Positions 9,899 to 21,101 of a stretch of 63,743 nucleotides of DNA are shown here, piece after piece. Within the stretch, counting starts at the first letter, position 1, and each line of letters starts with the position of its first letter. This DNA is from Paracoccaceae bacterium (lineage in GTDB: Bacteria > Pseudomonadota > Alphaproteobacteria > Rhodobacterales > Rhodobacteraceae), in the NCBI GenBank assembly GCA_014859945.1, contig JACZKR010000377.1, forward strand, positions 1-63,743, written 5' to 3'. The notes under the pieces are model-generated. The model had not been told where the DNA came from. It did no database searches and worked only from the letters and a program-made list of their open reading frames with translations. The position numbers were made by a program, and so were the translations under genes.

Positions 9899-11419
9899 TC
9901 ATTCCGTGACGATAAGCGACATGATGCGCTCTTGCGTGGCCTCGGCGGCGGGAAGTTCCCCCACGAAGGCGCCTTCGTTCATGACATAGATCCGGTCGCA
10001 CATGCCCAGAAGCTCGGGCATCTCGGACGAGATCATCACCACCGCCTTACCTTGCGCGGAAAGCTCGTTGATGATGCCGTAGATTTCATATTTCGCGCCC
10101 ACGTCGATGCCGCGCGTCGGTTCATCCAGGATCAGCACCTCGGGCCCGGTGAACAGCCATTTCGACAGAACCACCTTCTGCTGGTTGCCGCCCGACAGGT
10201 TCATCACTTTCTGGAACACCCCCGGCGTGCGGATGCGCATGGCGCCGCGGTATTTCTCGGCCACCTCGGCTTCGCGGGCGTGGTTGATGACCCCGCGCTG
10301 CGACACGCCCGGCAGATTGGCGAGTGAGGTGTTGCGGCAGATGTCTTCTTCCAGGATCAGGCCCAGCGTCTTGCGGTCCTCGGTCACATAGGCCAGCCCC
10401 GCCGCAATCGCGCGCGGCACGGTCGAGGTATCGGCCCGCTTGCCGCCCACCGTCACCTCGCCGGAAATCCGGCGGCCATAGCTGTGGCCAAAGACCGACA
10501 TCGCCAGTTCTGTCCGCCCCGCGCCCATCAGCCCGGCGATGCCCACCACCTCGCCGGCGCGCGCCTGAAGCGAGATGTTGCGGATCACCTGCCGTTCGGC
10601 CTGTTCGGGGTGCCAGACGTTCCAGTCCTTGACCTCGAACAGCACCTCGCCCGCCCGCCGCGTCCGGTCGGGATAGCGGTGCGCCATGTCGCGGCCGACC
10701 ATGTCGCGCACGATGCGGTCTTCGGTGATCGCTTCCGCGCGGGCATCCATCGTGGAAACCGTGGTGCCGTCGCGCAGCACCGTCACGCTGTCGGCCACGC
10801 GCCGCACCTCGTTCAGCTTGTGGCTGATGATGATCGAGGTCACGCCCTGCGTCTTCAGTTCCAGAAGCAGGTCCAGAAGCGCCTGACTGTCGGATTCCGA
10901 AAGCGCCGCGGTCGGTTCGTCCAGGATCAGCAGGCGCACGTCCTTGGACAGCGCCTTGGCAATCTCGACCAGTTGCTGCTTGCCGACACCCAGACTGTCC
11001 ACCCGCGCGCCCGGCGGTTCCTTCAGGCCCACCTTGCGCAACAGTGCCTCGGTCTGGCGGAAGGTCTCGGGCCAGTTGATCACGCCGGCCTTGGCGCGCT
11101 CATTGCCCAGAAATAGGTTTTCGGCAATCGACAGAAGCGGCACCAGCGCCAGCTCCTGATGGATGATGATGATGCCCTTCTCCTCGCTGTCGCGGATGTC
11201 GCGGAAGGCCGCGGGGGCATTGTCATACCAGATTTCGCCGTCATAGCTGCCCGCGGGATAGACCCCCGAAAGCACCTTCATCAAAGTGGATTTTCCGGCG
11301 CCGTTTTCGCCCACCAGGGCGTGAATTTCGCCCTTGCGGACCACCAGGTTCACCTGATCCAGCGCCTTGACGCCGGGAAAGGTCTTGGTGATCGAACGCA
11401 TCTCCAGAAGCGCGGTCAT
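9899..11419 (-). CDS. mmsA: Multiple monosaccharide ABC transporter ATP-binding protein
   Basis: GENGAGKST, two ABC domains, [22 protein letters not shown]. Confidence 0.93.
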   Translation of the reverse strand: MTALLEMRSITKTFPGVKALDQVNLVVRKGEIHALVGENGAGKSTLMKVLSGVYPAGSYDGEIWYDNAPAAFRDIRDSEEKGIIIIHQELALVPLLSIAENLFLGNERAKAGVINWPETFRQTEALLRKVGLKEPPGARVDSLGVGKQQLVEIAKALSKDVRLLILDEPTAALSESDSQALLDLLLELKTQGVTSIIISHKLNEVRRVADSVTVLRDGTTVSTMDARAEAITEDRIVRDMVGRDMAHRYPDRTRRAGEVLFEVKDWNVWHPEQAERQVIRNISLQARAGEVVGIAGLMGAGRTELAMSVFGHSYGRRISGEVTVGGKRADTSTVPRAIAAGLAYVTEDRKTLGLILEEDICRNTSLANLPGVSQRGVINHAREAEVAEKYRGAMRIRTPGVFQKVMNLSGGNQQKVVLSKWLFTGPEVLILDEPTRGIDVGAKYEIYGIINELSAQGKAVVMISSEMPELLGMCDRIYVMNEGAFVGELPAAEATQERIMSLIVTE

Positions 11420-11459
11420 GGCTGGCCCCGTCTTGATCGGTGTGTTGATCGGTCGTGAA

Positions 11460-11482
11460 GGGCCGCCCGCGCGGGGCGGCCC
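11460..11482 (-). terminator. GC-rich stem-loop after chvE (terminator or mRNA stabiliser)
   Basis: GGGCCGCCC...GGGCGGCCC inverted repeat between chvE and mmsA. Confidence 0.55.
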
Positions 11483-11503
11483 AGGTGCAACCCGAAGACA
11501 GGA

Positions 11504-12559
11504 TTACTTGATCTGGTCGGCGGTGTAATAGCCCGAACCGATCAGGATCTGCTCCCAGTTGGTCGCATCGACCGACACCGGCTCCAGCAGGTAGGACGGA
11601 ACCACCTTCACGCCGTTGTCATAGGTCTTGGTGTCGTTGATTTCGGGCTCGCCGCCCTTCAGCATCGCATCCACCATGCCGACGGTCACACGCGCCAGTT
11701 CGCGGGTGTCCTTGAAGACGGTCGAATACTGCTCGCCCGCCAGGATCGACTTGACCGAGGGAACCTCGGCGTCCTGACCGGTGACGATCGGCATCTTCAT
11801 GTCGCCCGAGCCATAGCCCACGCCCTTCAGCGACGACAGGATGCCGATGGACAGCCCGTCATAGGGCGACAGCACGCCATGAACGGCCTTGTCGGTGTAA
11901 TTGGCCGACAGAAGGTTATCCATGCGGGCCTGCGCCACCGCGCCATCCCAGCGCAGCGTGCCCACGGTGTCCATGCCGGTCTGGCCCGAGCCGACGACGA
12001 TCTCGCCCGAGTCGATCAGCGGCTGCAGCACGCTCATGGCGCCGTCATAGAAGAAGTAGGCGTTGTTGTCGTCGGGGCTGCCGCCGAACAGTTCCACGTT
12101 CCACGGCTTCTGGTCGGGGAAGCGTTCCTTCAGGCCGTTCACCAGGCTGGTCGCCTGCTGCACGCCGACCTTGAAGTTGTCGAAGGTGGCGTAATAGTCC
12201 ACGTTGCCGCTGTCACGGATCAGGCGGTCATAGGCGATGACCTTGATCCCGGCAGCCGCGGCGTTTTCCAGCGCGTTCGACAGGGTGGTGCCGTCAATGG
12301 CGGCAATCACCAGCACGTCCACGCCCTTGGTGATCATGTTCTCGATCTGGGCAAGCTGGTTCGGGATATCGTCTTCGGCATACTGCAGGTCGGTCTCATA
12401 GCCGGCAGCGGTGAACTGCTCGACCATCGAGTTGCCGTCCGAGATCCAGCGGGCCGAGGATTTGGTCGGCATCGAGATGCCCACGGTTTCGGCACTTGCG
12501 CCAAACGCAATGAACGAGGCGCACATCGCCAGCGCCGTGGCGACGGATTTGAATTTCAT
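11504..12559 (-). CDS. chvE: Periplasmic multiple-sugar binding protein ChvE
   Basis: Signal peptide MKFKSV..., [36 protein letters not shown]. Confidence 0.93.
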   Translation of the reverse strand: MKFKSVATALAMCASFIAFGASAETVGISMPTKSSARWISDGNSMVEQFTAAGYETDLQYAEDDIPNQLAQIENMITKGVDVLVIAAIDGTTLSNALENAAAAGIKVIAYDRLIRDSGNVDYYATFDNFKVGVQQATSLVNGLKERFPDQKPWNVELFGGSPDDNNAYFFYDGAMSVLQPLIDSGEIVVGSGQTGMDTVGTLRWDGAVAQARMDNLLSANYTDKAVHGVLSPYDGLSIGILSSLKGVGYGSGDMKMPIVTGQDAEVPSVKSILAGEQYSTVFKDTRELARVTVGMVDAMLKGGEPEINDTKTYDNGVKVVPSYLLEPVSVDATNWEQILIGSGYYTADQIK

Positions 12560-12704
12560 GTGTCTCTCCCTGGCTTGGACCCTTGTCGGGCCCTCTCCTC
12601 CTCGGGCCGCTCGAATCGAAGGGCCCGAGGGTGTTCTATTGCCGGATGACATGCCGGTAAAATTACATTACATGCGTTCTGCATACCAAATTCGGTAACC
12701 GTTT

Positions 12705-13652
12705 ATGTTCGCCCTCAAACCCGCCCAGTTGCGCCTGATCGCCGAAATCGCCGGTCACGGGCAGTTGCAGACGGCCGCCAGCGCCGTTGCCATGACCCAG
12801 CCCGCCGCCTCACGCATGCTGGCCGAGATCGAGCGCACGGTCGGCGCGCCCCTGTTCCTGCGCCAGCCCAAAGGCATGGAACCGACCGAGATCGGCGCCG
12901 TCGTGGTGCGCCGCGCGCGTGCCATGCTGCGCGAAATGCGCAGCCTTGGCGCCGAGGTGCAGGCCATGCGCGAAGGCTTCGGCGGTTCGGTGCGGATCGG
13001 CGCCGTCACCGGGCCTGCCGTGGGTTATATCGTGCCCGCCATCCGCCAGCTGAAGCGCGACGCGCCCGAAGCCAGCATCACCGTCGATGTCCTGCCCTCA
13101 CGCGATCTGCTGCGCCAGTTGTCGGCCGGAGAGCTGGATTTCGCTCTGGCCCGCGTGCTGCCAGAATTCGACAGCCGCCAGTTCGACATCCACCCGATGC
13201 GGGATGAAAAGATGGCGCTGATCGCCCGCGCCGGCCACCCGATGGCCCGCGCCCCGGTGGTCACCCTGACGGAACTGGCCGATTATGAATGGATCATGCA
13301 GGAACGCGGCGCGCCGATCCGCGAAGCCGCGCTGGAGGCCTTTGGCGCCATTGGCCTGTCAGAGCCGCGCAACATCGTCAACTCGCCCTCGCTTCTGTTC
13401 ATGATCGCCTATCTTGCCAAGGGCGACGCGGTGGCGGCCATGTCGGAAGAGGTGGCGCTTCTGCTGACCCAGCCGCCCGTCAGCGCCGGTCTGGCCGTGC
13501 TGAACCTGCAGCGTGAGGTGCGGGTTTCGCCCTATTTCATGCTCAGCCTGCGGCGGCGGCCCCTTCTGCCGCTGGCCACCCGGCTGCGCGATCTGGTCAT
13601 CGCCCAGTCCGAAGCGGCGGGTCAGTCTGCCCGGGGCCCGGCCGTTCCCTGA
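12705..13652 (+). CDS. gbpR: LysR family regulator, GbpR-like
   Basis: N-terminal LysR HTH (AMTQPAASRMLAEIE); divergent from chvE as in the known gbpR-chvE arrangement. Confidence 0.8.
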   Translation: MFALKPAQLRLIAEIAGHGQLQTAASAVAMTQPAASRMLAEIERTVGAPLFLRQPKGMEPTEIGAVVVRRARAMLREMRSLGAEVQAMREGFGGSVRIGAVTGPAVGYIVPAIRQLKRDAPEASITVDVLPSRDLLRQLSAGELDFALARVLPEFDSRQFDIHPMRDEKMALIARAGHPMARAPVVTLTELADYEWIMQERGAPIREAALEAFGAIGLSEPRNIVNSPSLLFMIAYLAKGDAVAAMSEEVALLLTQPPVSAGLAVLNLQREVRVSPYFMLSLRRRPLLPLATRLRDLVIAQSEAAGQSARGPAVP

Positions 13653-13657
13653 ATGCA

Positions 13658-13683
13658 GAACCCCGACCGCGGGGCCGGGGTTC
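13658..13683. terminator. Hairpin between convergent gbpR and gltB
   Basis: GAACCCCG...CGGGGTTC inverted repeat. Confidence 0.5.
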
Positions 13684-13706
13684 GCCTTGGTTTCAGAGGG
13701 TTCCGC

Positions 13707-16700
13707 CTATTCGGCCGGAACCTTGGCCGCCTCGTCCGACAGGGGATGCGGTAGGCGCGAGATCATCTCTTTCGGGCAGACCTGCAGGAAGTTCCCGCGC
13801 TCAACCTCCCAGTTCGACAGGATGCGCGCGGCCTTGCGGCTGCCGGTTTCCGCCAGATGACGCTCGATCAGGCCCTTCAGCTGTGCCTCCCAATGCGGGT
13901 GGCCGATGCCGCAGGCGACAAGGCTTTCGGGGTTCACGAAGTCTTCGGCGGTGCCATCGGGATCGTGGATATAGGCCATGCCGCCCGTCATCCCCGCGCC
14001 GAAGTTCGCACCGATGCTGCCCAGGATCACGGCGACACCGCCGGTCATGTATTCGCACCCGTTCGACCCGCAGCCTTCGACCACCACCTTCGCACCCGAG
14101 TTGCGCACGGCGAACCGTTCACCCGCGCGGCCCGAGGCGAAAAGGAACCCGTCGGTCGCACCGTAAAGCACGGTGTTGCCGATGATGGTGTTGTCTTCCG
14201 CCTTCAGCGGGCTGGCCATCGGCGGCCGCACCGCAATGGTGCCGCCCGACAGGCCCTTGCCGACATAGTCGTTGGCGTCGCCCTGCACCTCGATCTTCAG
14301 CCCGTTCACCGCGAAAGCGCCCAGCGACTGCCCGGCATTGCCGGTCAGCTTCACCGTCAGATGGTCGGGCTGCAGGCTGTTGCGCATCCCGAACTTCTTG
14401 ACGATGTGGCTACTGGCCCGCGTCCCGATGGTCCGCAACGTGTTGCGGACCGCATAGGACAGCTGCATCTTCTCGCCATCCTCGAAGAAGCGCGCTCCGT
14501 CGCGGATGATTTCGGCATCCAGCGTATCGGGCACATGGTTGCGCGGCTTCGAGCGGTCGTAGGTGATCTTCTGCATCGAATCGACCGAGATCAGCAGCGG
14601 GTTCAGGTCCAGGTCATCCAGATGCGCCGAACCGCGGCTGACCTGGCTCAGAAGGTCGGCCCGGCCGATGATTTCATCCATCGACCGCGCACCGATCTGG
14701 GCCAGAATCTCCCGCACTTCCTGGGCGTAGAAGGTGATCAGGTTCACCACCTTGTCTGCCGTGCCGGTGAACTTGGCGCGCAGCTTTTCATCCTGCACGC
14801 AGACGCCCACCGGGCAGGTGTTCGACTGGCACTGGCGCACCATGATGCAGCCCATGGCAATCAGCGCGGCGGTGCCGATGCCGTATTCCTCGGCCCCCAT
14901 CATCGCGGCCATGACGATGTCGCGCCCCGTCCGCAGACCGCCGTCGGTGCGCAGCGTCACCCGCTCACGCAGGTTGTTCATCGCCAGAACCTGATGCGCC
15001 TCGGTCAGGCCCATTTCCCACGGCAGACCGGCGTACTTGATGCTGGTGGCAGGAGAGGCCCCGGTGCCGCCGTTGTGGCCGGAAATCAGGATCACGTCTG
15101 CCTTGGCCTTGGCCACGCCCGCCGCAATCGTGCCGACGCCCGAGGAAGACACCAGCTTCACCGTCACCTTGGCGCGCGGGTTGATCTGCTTCAGGTCATA
15201 GATCAGCTGGGCCAGGTCTTCGATGGAATAGATGTCATGGTGCGGCGGCGGTGAAATCAGCGTCACCCCCGGCGTCGAATGGCGCAGCCGCGCGATCAGC
15301 GCCGTCACCTTCATGCCCGGCAATTGCCCGCCCTCGCCGGGCTTGGCGCCCTGCGCGACCTTGATTTCCAGCTCTTCGCAGGCGTTCAGGTATTCCGCCG
15401 TCACGCCAAAGCGCCCGGAGGCCACCTGCTTGATCTTGGCCGAAGGGTTGTCGCCGTTCGGCTCCGGCAGGAAATGCGCCGGGTCTTCGCCGCCCTCGCC
15501 CGAGTCCGACTTGGCGCCGATCCGGTTCATCGCCACGTTCAGCGTTTTGTGCGCCTCGGGCGACAGGGCGCCCAGCGACATCCCCGGCGTCACGAACCGC
15601 TTGCGGATCGAGGTGATGCTTTCCACTTCCTCAATCGGCACCGCTTTGCCCAGCGGCTTGATGTCCAGAAGGTCGCGGATATGGATCGGCGGGTTCGCCC
15701 GCATCGCGGCCGAATACTGCTTCCAGATGTCATAGCTCGCCCGGTCGCAGGCCGATTGCAGCATGTGCATGGTCTGCGCTTCCCAGGCGTGCTTTTCGCC
15801 CGAGCGGCGCGCCTTGTAGAACCCGCCGATCGGCAGCACATCGGTGCCGCCCAGCCAGCCCTTGGCATGCACCTCTTCGACCTTCAGCTGCAGCCCCTGC
15901 AGGCCGATGCCCGAGATGCGGCTGTGCATGCCGGGGAAATACTCGGCCACCATGGCGCGGGACAGGCCCACGGCTTCAAAGTTCAGCCCGCCGCGATAGG
16001 ATGAGATCACCGAGATGCCCATCTTCGACATGATCTTCAGCAGACCCGCGTCGATGGCCTCACGATACCGCCGCATCGCATCGACCAGCGGCCCGTCCAG
16101 AAGGCCCCGGTTGATCCGGTCGGCAATCGAATCCTCGGCCAGATAGGCGTTCACGGTGGTCGCACCGCAGCCGATCAGCACCGCGAAGTAATGCGGGTCG
16201 ATGCATTCCGCCGACCGCACGTTGATCGAACAGAAGGTCCGCAGCCCCTTGCGCGTCAGCCAGCTGTGCACGGCGCTGGTGGCAAGGATCATCGGCATCG
16301 CCCCGCGCGCCGGCCCCTGATGTTCGTCGGTCAGCACAAGCTGCCCGGCCCCCGAACGCACGGCGTCTTCGGCTTCGGCGCGAATACGCTCAAGCCCCTG
16401 ACGCAGCGCGTCATGATCCGCGCCCGAGGGGAAGGTGCAGTCGATGAACGCCACCTGCGCCCCGAAACGGTCCACCAGCACCTCAAACTCGCCATTGGCG
16501 ATGAAGGGGCTTTCCAGAACCAGAATCTCGGTCTGGCTGGAGTTTTCGTCCAGCACGTTGCGCAGGTTGCCGAAGCGGGTCTTCAGGCTCATCACCCGGC
16601 CTTCGCGCAAGGAGTCGATGGGCGGGTTCGTGACCTGGCTGAAGTTCTGGCGGAAGAAATGGCTCAGCGGCCGGTAAACCGACGACAGCACCGCGGCGGG

Positions 16701-18245
16701 CGTGTCGTCGCCCATCGAGGCCACCATTTCCTTGCCGTCCTCGGCCATCGGGGCCAGAACCTGCTCCAGTTCCTCAACCGTATAGCCGGCCGCGATCTGC
16801 CGCTTGCGCAGTTCGGCGCCGGTGTGCAGCGCCTTTTCCGGCACGTCATGCAGCAGCGCGTTCAGATCGACGATCTTGCCGACCCAGTCGCCATAAGGCT
16901 GGCTGGCGGCCAGTTTGTCCTTGATCTGGGTGTCGTGGTAAAGCTTGCCGTTCACCATATCGACGGCAATCATCTGCCCCGGCCCCAGCGCGCCCTTTTC
17001 GCGCACGGTGCTTTCGTCCACCGGCACCATGCCCGCTTCGGAACCGGCAATCAGCATCCCGTCGCCGGTGATGACATAGCGCATCGGGCGCAACCCGTTG
17101 CGGTCCAGCCCGCCGCAGACCCAGCGGCCATCGGTCATCGCAAGCGCCGCCGGCCCGTCCCAGGGCTCGATCACCGAGTTGCAATAGGAATACATGTCGG
17201 CCCAGGCCTTGGGCATGTTGGTCGTGGCTTTCGACCAGGCTTCGGGCACCAGCATGGTCTTGGCCATCGGCGCCGAACGGCCCGAGCGCACCAGAACCTC
17301 GAACACCGCATCCAGCGCGCCACTGTCCGAGGTGCCGCCCGGGATGATCGGCTTGATATCCTCGGCCATCTCGCCAAAGGCGCTGCTGGCCATGCGGATT
17401 TCGTGGCTCTTCATCCAGTTGACGTTGCCCTTCAGCGTGTTGATCTCGCCGTTATGGGCCAGCATGCGGAAGGGCTGCGCCAGCCACCATTGCGGGAAGG
17501 TGTTGGTGGAATAACGCTGGTGATAGATCGCAAAGGCGCTTTCGAACCGCTCATCCTGCAGGTCGGGGTAGAAGACCGAAACCTGCTCGGCCAGCATCAT
17601 GCCCTTGTAGATGATCGACCGGCACGACAGGCTGCACAGGTACATCCCCTGAATGCCCGCCGCCGTCGCCGCCTTCTCGATCCGGCGGCGGATGATGTAC
17701 AGCTCACGCTCGAACTGCTCGGGGTCGGCACCGCTTTCGCAGCGGATCAGGATCTGCTCGATCTCGGGCCGCGTCGCATTGGCCTTGTCGCCCAGAACGC
17801 TGGTGTCCACCGGCACATGGCGCCAGCCATAGATGTAATGGCCCATCCGCAGGACTTCGCTTTCCACGATGGTCCGGCAGCGTTCCTGCGCCCCGAAATC
17901 GGTGCGCGGCAGGAACACCTGACCCACCGCGATCAGCTTGGTCATATCGGGTTCGTGGCCCGTGCGGCGGACCTGGTCGTAAAAGAACTTGACCGGAATC
18001 TGCAGATGAATGCCGGCGCCGTCGCCGGTCTTGCCATCGGCATCCACCGCGCCGCGGTGCCAGACCGCCTTCAGCGCGTTGATGCCGTTTTCCACCACGC
18101 GGCGGCTGGGCTTGCCCGAGATCGACACCACCAGACCCACGCCGCAAGACGCATGTTCGTCATCGGTCTTGTACAGGCCGTTCGCATCCAGCCAGGCCCG
18201 CTTGGCCTCTTCCGCCGCAACCCAGGCTTCATCATATTTCGTCAT
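13707..18245 (-). CDS. gltB: Glutamate synthase large subunit
   Basis: 1512 aa; N-terminal CGVG, HQRYSTNT, EPWDGPA, KQVASGRFG, QGAKPGEGGQLPG. Confidence 0.98.
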   Translation of the reverse strand: MTKYDEAWVAAEEAKRAWLDANGLYKTDDEHASCGVGLVVSISGKPSRRVVENGINALKAVWHRGAVDADGKTGDGAGIHLQIPVKFFYDQVRRTGHEPDMTKLIAVGQVFLPRTDFGAQERCRTIVESEVLRMGHYIYGWRHVPVDTSVLGDKANATRPEIEQILIRCESGADPEQFERELYIIRRRIEKAATAAGIQGMYLCSLSCRSIIYKGMMLAEQVSVFYPDLQDERFESAFAIYHQRYSTNTFPQWWLAQPFRMLAHNGEINTLKGNVNWMKSHEIRMASSAFGEMAEDIKPIIPGGTSDSGALDAVFEVLVRSGRSAPMAKTMLVPEAWSKATTNMPKAWADMYSYCNSVIEPWDGPAALAMTDGRWVCGGLDRNGLRPMRYVITGDGMLIAGSEAGMVPVDESTVREKGALGPGQMIAVDMVNGKLYHDTQIKDKLAASQPYGDWVGKIVDLNALLHDVPEKALHTGAELRKRQIAAGYTVEELEQVLAPMAEDGKEMVASMGDDTPAAVLSSVYRPLSHFFRQNFSQVTNPPIDSLREGRVMSLKTRFGNLRNVLDENSSQTEILVLESPFIANGEFEVLVDRFGAQVAFIDCTFPSGADHDALRQGLERIRAEAEDAVRSGAGQLVLTDEHQGPARGAMPMILATSAVHSWLTRKGLRTFCSINVRSAECIDPHYFAVLIGCGATTVNAYLAEDSIADRINRGLLDGPLVDAMRRYREAIDAGLLKIMSKMGISVISSYRGGLNFEAVGLSRAMVAEYFPGMHSRISGIGLQGLQLKVEEVHAKGWLGGTDVLPIGGFYKARRSGEKHAWEAQTMHMLQSACDRASYDIWKQYSAAMRANPPIHIRDLLDIKPLGKAVPIEEVESITSIRKRFVTPGMSLGALSPEAHKTLNVAMNRIGAKSDSGEGGEDPAHFLPEPNGDNPSAKIKQVASGRFGVTAEYLNACEELEIKVAQGAKPGEGGQLPGMKVTALIARLRHSTPGVTLISPPPHHDIYSIEDLAQLIYDLKQINPRAKVTVKLVSSSGVGTIAAGVAKAKADVILISGHNGGTGASPATSIKYAGLPWEMGLTEAHQVLAMNNLRERVTLRTDGGLRTGRDIVMAAMMGAEEYGIGTAALIAMGCIMVRQCQSNTCPVGVCVQDEKLRAKFTGTADKVVNLITFYAQEVREILAQIGARSMDEIIGRADLLSQVSRGSAHLDDLDLNPLLISVDSMQKITYDRSKPRNHVPDTLDAEIIRDGARFFEDGEKMQLSYAVRNTLRTIGTRASSHIVKKFGMRNSLQPDHLTVKLTGNAGQSLGAFAVNGLKIEVQGDANDYVGKGLSGGTIAVRPPMASPLKAEDNTIIGNTVLYGATDGFLFASGRAGERFAVRNSGAKVVVEGCGSNGCEYMTGGVAVILGSIGANFGAGMTGGMAYIHDPDGTAEDFVNPESLVACGIGHPHWEAQLKGLIERHLAETGSRKAARILSNWEVERGNFLQVCPKEMISRLPHPLSDEAAKVPAE

Positions 18246-18257
18246 GGCGGCTTCCTT

Positions 18258-18701
18258 TCACTCGCTGTCGAGCAGGCTGAACTTCGCAACGCAGTCAGCC
18301 CGGGTCATCAGGTGGCGGCCCTCGCCCGCATAGCCGAAGCTGTCGGGCTTGTGGTCGATGTAGATTTCACTCTTCATGGTCAGCCCGTTCGGGTCATCGA
18401 ACAGGCCGATCGGCAATTCCACGTTCCCGCCCCATTCGTTGTCGGCGGTCACCTTGAAATACAGGCCCGAGCCGCATTGCGCGCACCACGCGCGCATCGC
18501 CCAGGAACTGGTCTGCCGGCTGGCGATGTGTTCCGCGCCGTGCCAGGTCACATTGCCTTCGGGCACCGTGATGCCCAGCAGGGCCGAACCCGTCCAGCGC
18601 CGGCACATCTCGCAATGGCAGACGCCGAAATCGGTCTTGGTCAGCCGGGCGTCAAAGCGCACCGCGCCGCACAGGCACCCGCCGCTGCGTTCAAGGCTCA
18701 T
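18258..18701 (-). CDS. GFA (CENP-V/Mss4-like) family protein
   Basis: GGCLCGAVRF, CHCEMCRRW, CAQCGS zinc motifs. Confidence 0.9.
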   Translation of the reverse strand: MSLERSGGCLCGAVRFDARLTKTDFGVCHCEMCRRWTGSALLGITVPEGNVTWHGAEHIASRQTSSWAMRAWCAQCGSGLYFKVTADNEWGGNVELPIGLFDDPNGLTMKSEIYIDHKPDSFGYAGEGRHLMTRADCVAKFSLLDSE

Positions 18702-19404
18702 AGCCGGCCTCATGCAAGAGTGGCGGCGCATCGGCCTGCGACATCAGCGCATCGCATTCGAACAGGGGCTGCGTGGCCTCGAACCCCGGCTCTCCGGGGA
18801 AGATGAACTGCACCGGGCTGCCTTCCAGCGGCAGCCACTGCGTGCCATCCCACCATTCCGACGAGCCCGAGAAGAACAGCCGCCAGTCGCGGTGGATATA
18901 CTCATTCCCCCGCGCGCGGCGCAGGATGTTTCCGGCGTCGTCGGTCTCGGTATATTCGAACTCGGTCTGCTCCAGCGGGACGCCGTCGATGGTAAAGGTC
19001 TTGCCGGTCAGCCGGTCGTAGCCCCGGACGTTGGAATGCGACCCGTCATCCTTCGACAATTCGAAGGTGAAGTCGTCGCGCCCCGTCGCGGTCAGCGAGC
19101 TGAAATTCGCCGGGTCCGCCGGATTCGGGTCCAGCCGCTGGGTGACCGTGGGGTTCATCTCGATGCTTTCGACCCACTGGGTCTCGCTGTCGATGCGCGA
19201 CAGGAAGAACAGGCCTTCCTGATCGAAATCCGCGCGCCACTGGTCGCCCGGCGTGTCGGCCGAGCATTTGTAGTAATTCGCCAGATAGCAGCCGCGCGAC
19301 TGCACCGTCAGCCAGGTCGTGCAGCCCTCGGGCGGGGTGAAGCTGCCGGCCCCGGCCGCGCCCGGCAGAACCAGAGCGAGGGTCAGTGTCATCACGTTCC
19401 GCAT
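18691..19404 (-). CDS. Hypothetical exported protein
   Basis: Signal-peptide-like N-terminus MRNVMTLTLALVLPGAAGA after a GGAG RBS; high-GC codon bias. Confidence 0.7.
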   Translation of the reverse strand: MRNVMTLTLALVLPGAAGAGSFTPPEGCTTWLTVQSRGCYLANYYKCSADTPGDQWRADFDQEGLFFLSRIDSETQWVESIEMNPTVTQRLDPNPADPANFSSLTATGRDDFTFELSKDDGSHSNVRGYDRLTGKTFTIDGVPLEQTEFEYTETDDAGNILRRARGNEYIHRDWRLFFSGSSEWWDGTQWLPLEGSPVQFIFPGEPGFEATQPLFECDALMSQADAPPLLHEAGYEP

Positions 19405-19504
19405 TGCCGTCTCCTGCCAATGGGTCATGGATCATGACCTGTTCAATGTCGCTGTCTTGCCGCCGTCTCTACGAAAGGAAGACGGAAGGAAGACGCCGGA
19501 AAGA

Positions 19505-20941
19505 TCACTCCGCCGCCACCGCCGGAGCCTGCGCAAGATAGTCCAGAATGGCGTCCGCCGCCTCACGTCCGTCACGGATGGCCCAGACCACCAGCGAAGC
19601 TCCGCGCACGATGTCGCCGGCGGCATAGACGCCCGGCAGGCTGGTGGCATGGGTGCGGAAATCGGCCTTCACCGTGCCCCATCGCGTCACCGACAGCCCG
19701 TCCACGCCCCACAGTTTGGGCAGGTCTTCGGGTTCGAACCCCAGCGCCTGCACCACCAGATCGGCGGGTTCCACATAATCCGCGCCTTCGATCACCTCGG
19801 GCGACTGGCGGCCGCTGGCATCGGGGGCGCCCAGGCGCATCTTCTGCACCATCACGCCGTCCACCGTGGTTCCGCCGGCAAAGCCCTTGGGCGCCGACAG
19901 CCAGACGAATTCCACGCCCTCTTCCTCGGCGTTCTGCACTTCACGCTGGCTGCCCGGCATGTTCGCCCGGTCGCGGCGGTAAAGGCACTTCACGCTGGTC
20001 GCGCCCTGACGGATCGCCGTGCGCACGCAGTCCATTGCCGTGTCGCCGCCGCCGATTACCACCACGCGCTTCCCCGCTGCGTTCAGCGTGCCGTCATCGA
20101 AGGCCGCCACATCGTCGCCAAAGCTCTTGCGGTTCGAGGCGGTCAGATAGTCCAGCGCCTTGACGATGCCCGCGGCCCCCACGCCGGGCGCCTCGATCTC
20201 GCGGATCTTGTAGACGCCGGTGGCGATCAACACAGCATCGTGTTGGCCACGGATCGCATCAAAGCTGATGTCCTGACCCACGCTGCAGTTCAGCACAAAG
20301 GTCACGCCCGCCGCCTCAAGCTGCTCGATCCGCTGCATGACCACCGGCTTTTCCAGCTTGAAGCCCGGAATCCCGTAGGTCAGCAACCCGCCCGCGCGGT
20401 CATAGCGGTCATAAACAGTCACCTGCACGCCCTTGCGGCGCAGCACATCGGCCGCCGCCAGCCCGCCGGGGCCTGCGCCGATGATGCCCACGCTTTCCGC
20501 GCGCTCGGCCATCGGGCGGATCGGCTTGACCCAGCCGTTTTCCCAGGCGGTGTCGGTGATGTATTTCTCGACCGAGCCGATGGTCACCGTGCCGTGCCCG
20601 GCCTGTTCGATCACGCAGTTGCCTTCGCACAGCCGGTCCTGCGGGCAGATGCGGCCGCAGATTTCGGGGAAGGTGTTGGTGGCCTGGCTCAACTCATAGG
20701 CCTCTTCCAGCCGGCCCTCGGCGGTCAGCCGCAGCCAGTCGGGGATGTTGTTGTGCAGCGGGCAGTGGCTTTGGCAATAGGGCACGCCGCACTGGCTGCA
20801 GCGGCTGGCCTGTTCGGCCGCCTTCTGGGCCGCGAACTCGCGGTAAATCTCATGGAAGTCATGGCTGCGCGAAGATGCGTCGCGCTTCTCGGGCATCTCT
20901 TTCCCGACCGAGACGAACTTGAGCATCTTTTGCGTGGCCAT
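19505..20941 (-). CDS. gltD: Glutamate synthase small subunit
   Basis: RCSQCGVPYC, CGRICPQDRLCEGNC, GAGPGGL, GGGDTAMD. Confidence 0.96.
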   Translation of the reverse strand: MATQKMLKFVSVGKEMPEKRDASSRSHDFHEIYREFAAQKAAEQASRCSQCGVPYCQSHCPLHNNIPDWLRLTAEGRLEEAYELSQATNTFPEICGRICPQDRLCEGNCVIEQAGHGTVTIGSVEKYITDTAWENGWVKPIRPMAERAESVGIIGAGPGGLAAADVLRRKGVQVTVYDRYDRAGGLLTYGIPGFKLEKPVVMQRIEQLEAAGVTFVLNCSVGQDISFDAIRGQHDAVLIATGVYKIREIEAPGVGAAGIVKALDYLTASNRKSFGDDVAAFDDGTLNAAGKRVVVIGGGDTAMDCVRTAIRQGATSVKCLYRRDRANMPGSQREVQNAEEEGVEFVWLSAPKGFAGGTTVDGVMVQKMRLGAPDASGRQSPEVIEGADYVEPADLVVQALGFEPEDLPKLWGVDGLSVTRWGTVKADFRTHATSLPGVYAAGDIVRGASLVVWAIRDGREAADAILDYLAQAPAVAAE

Positions 20942-21101
20942 GGCTGCGCCCTTTCGGAAAAATCACCGTCGGGAAGCCATAAAAGAAGGGGCGGCGGAAT
21001 AAAAGTCAGCACGACTGACCTATTTGATGCTTTTCTTACGCTGCGGCGCGGAAATCTGGGAGGCAGACGCAAAAATAGGTCAGCCTGCAATACCTATTCG
21101 C

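Noticed and set aside
18258-19404. Two genes between gltD and gltB as a mobile insertion
   Set aside because: Host-like codon usage and no repeats or mobility genes; small insertions in this operon are unremarkable.
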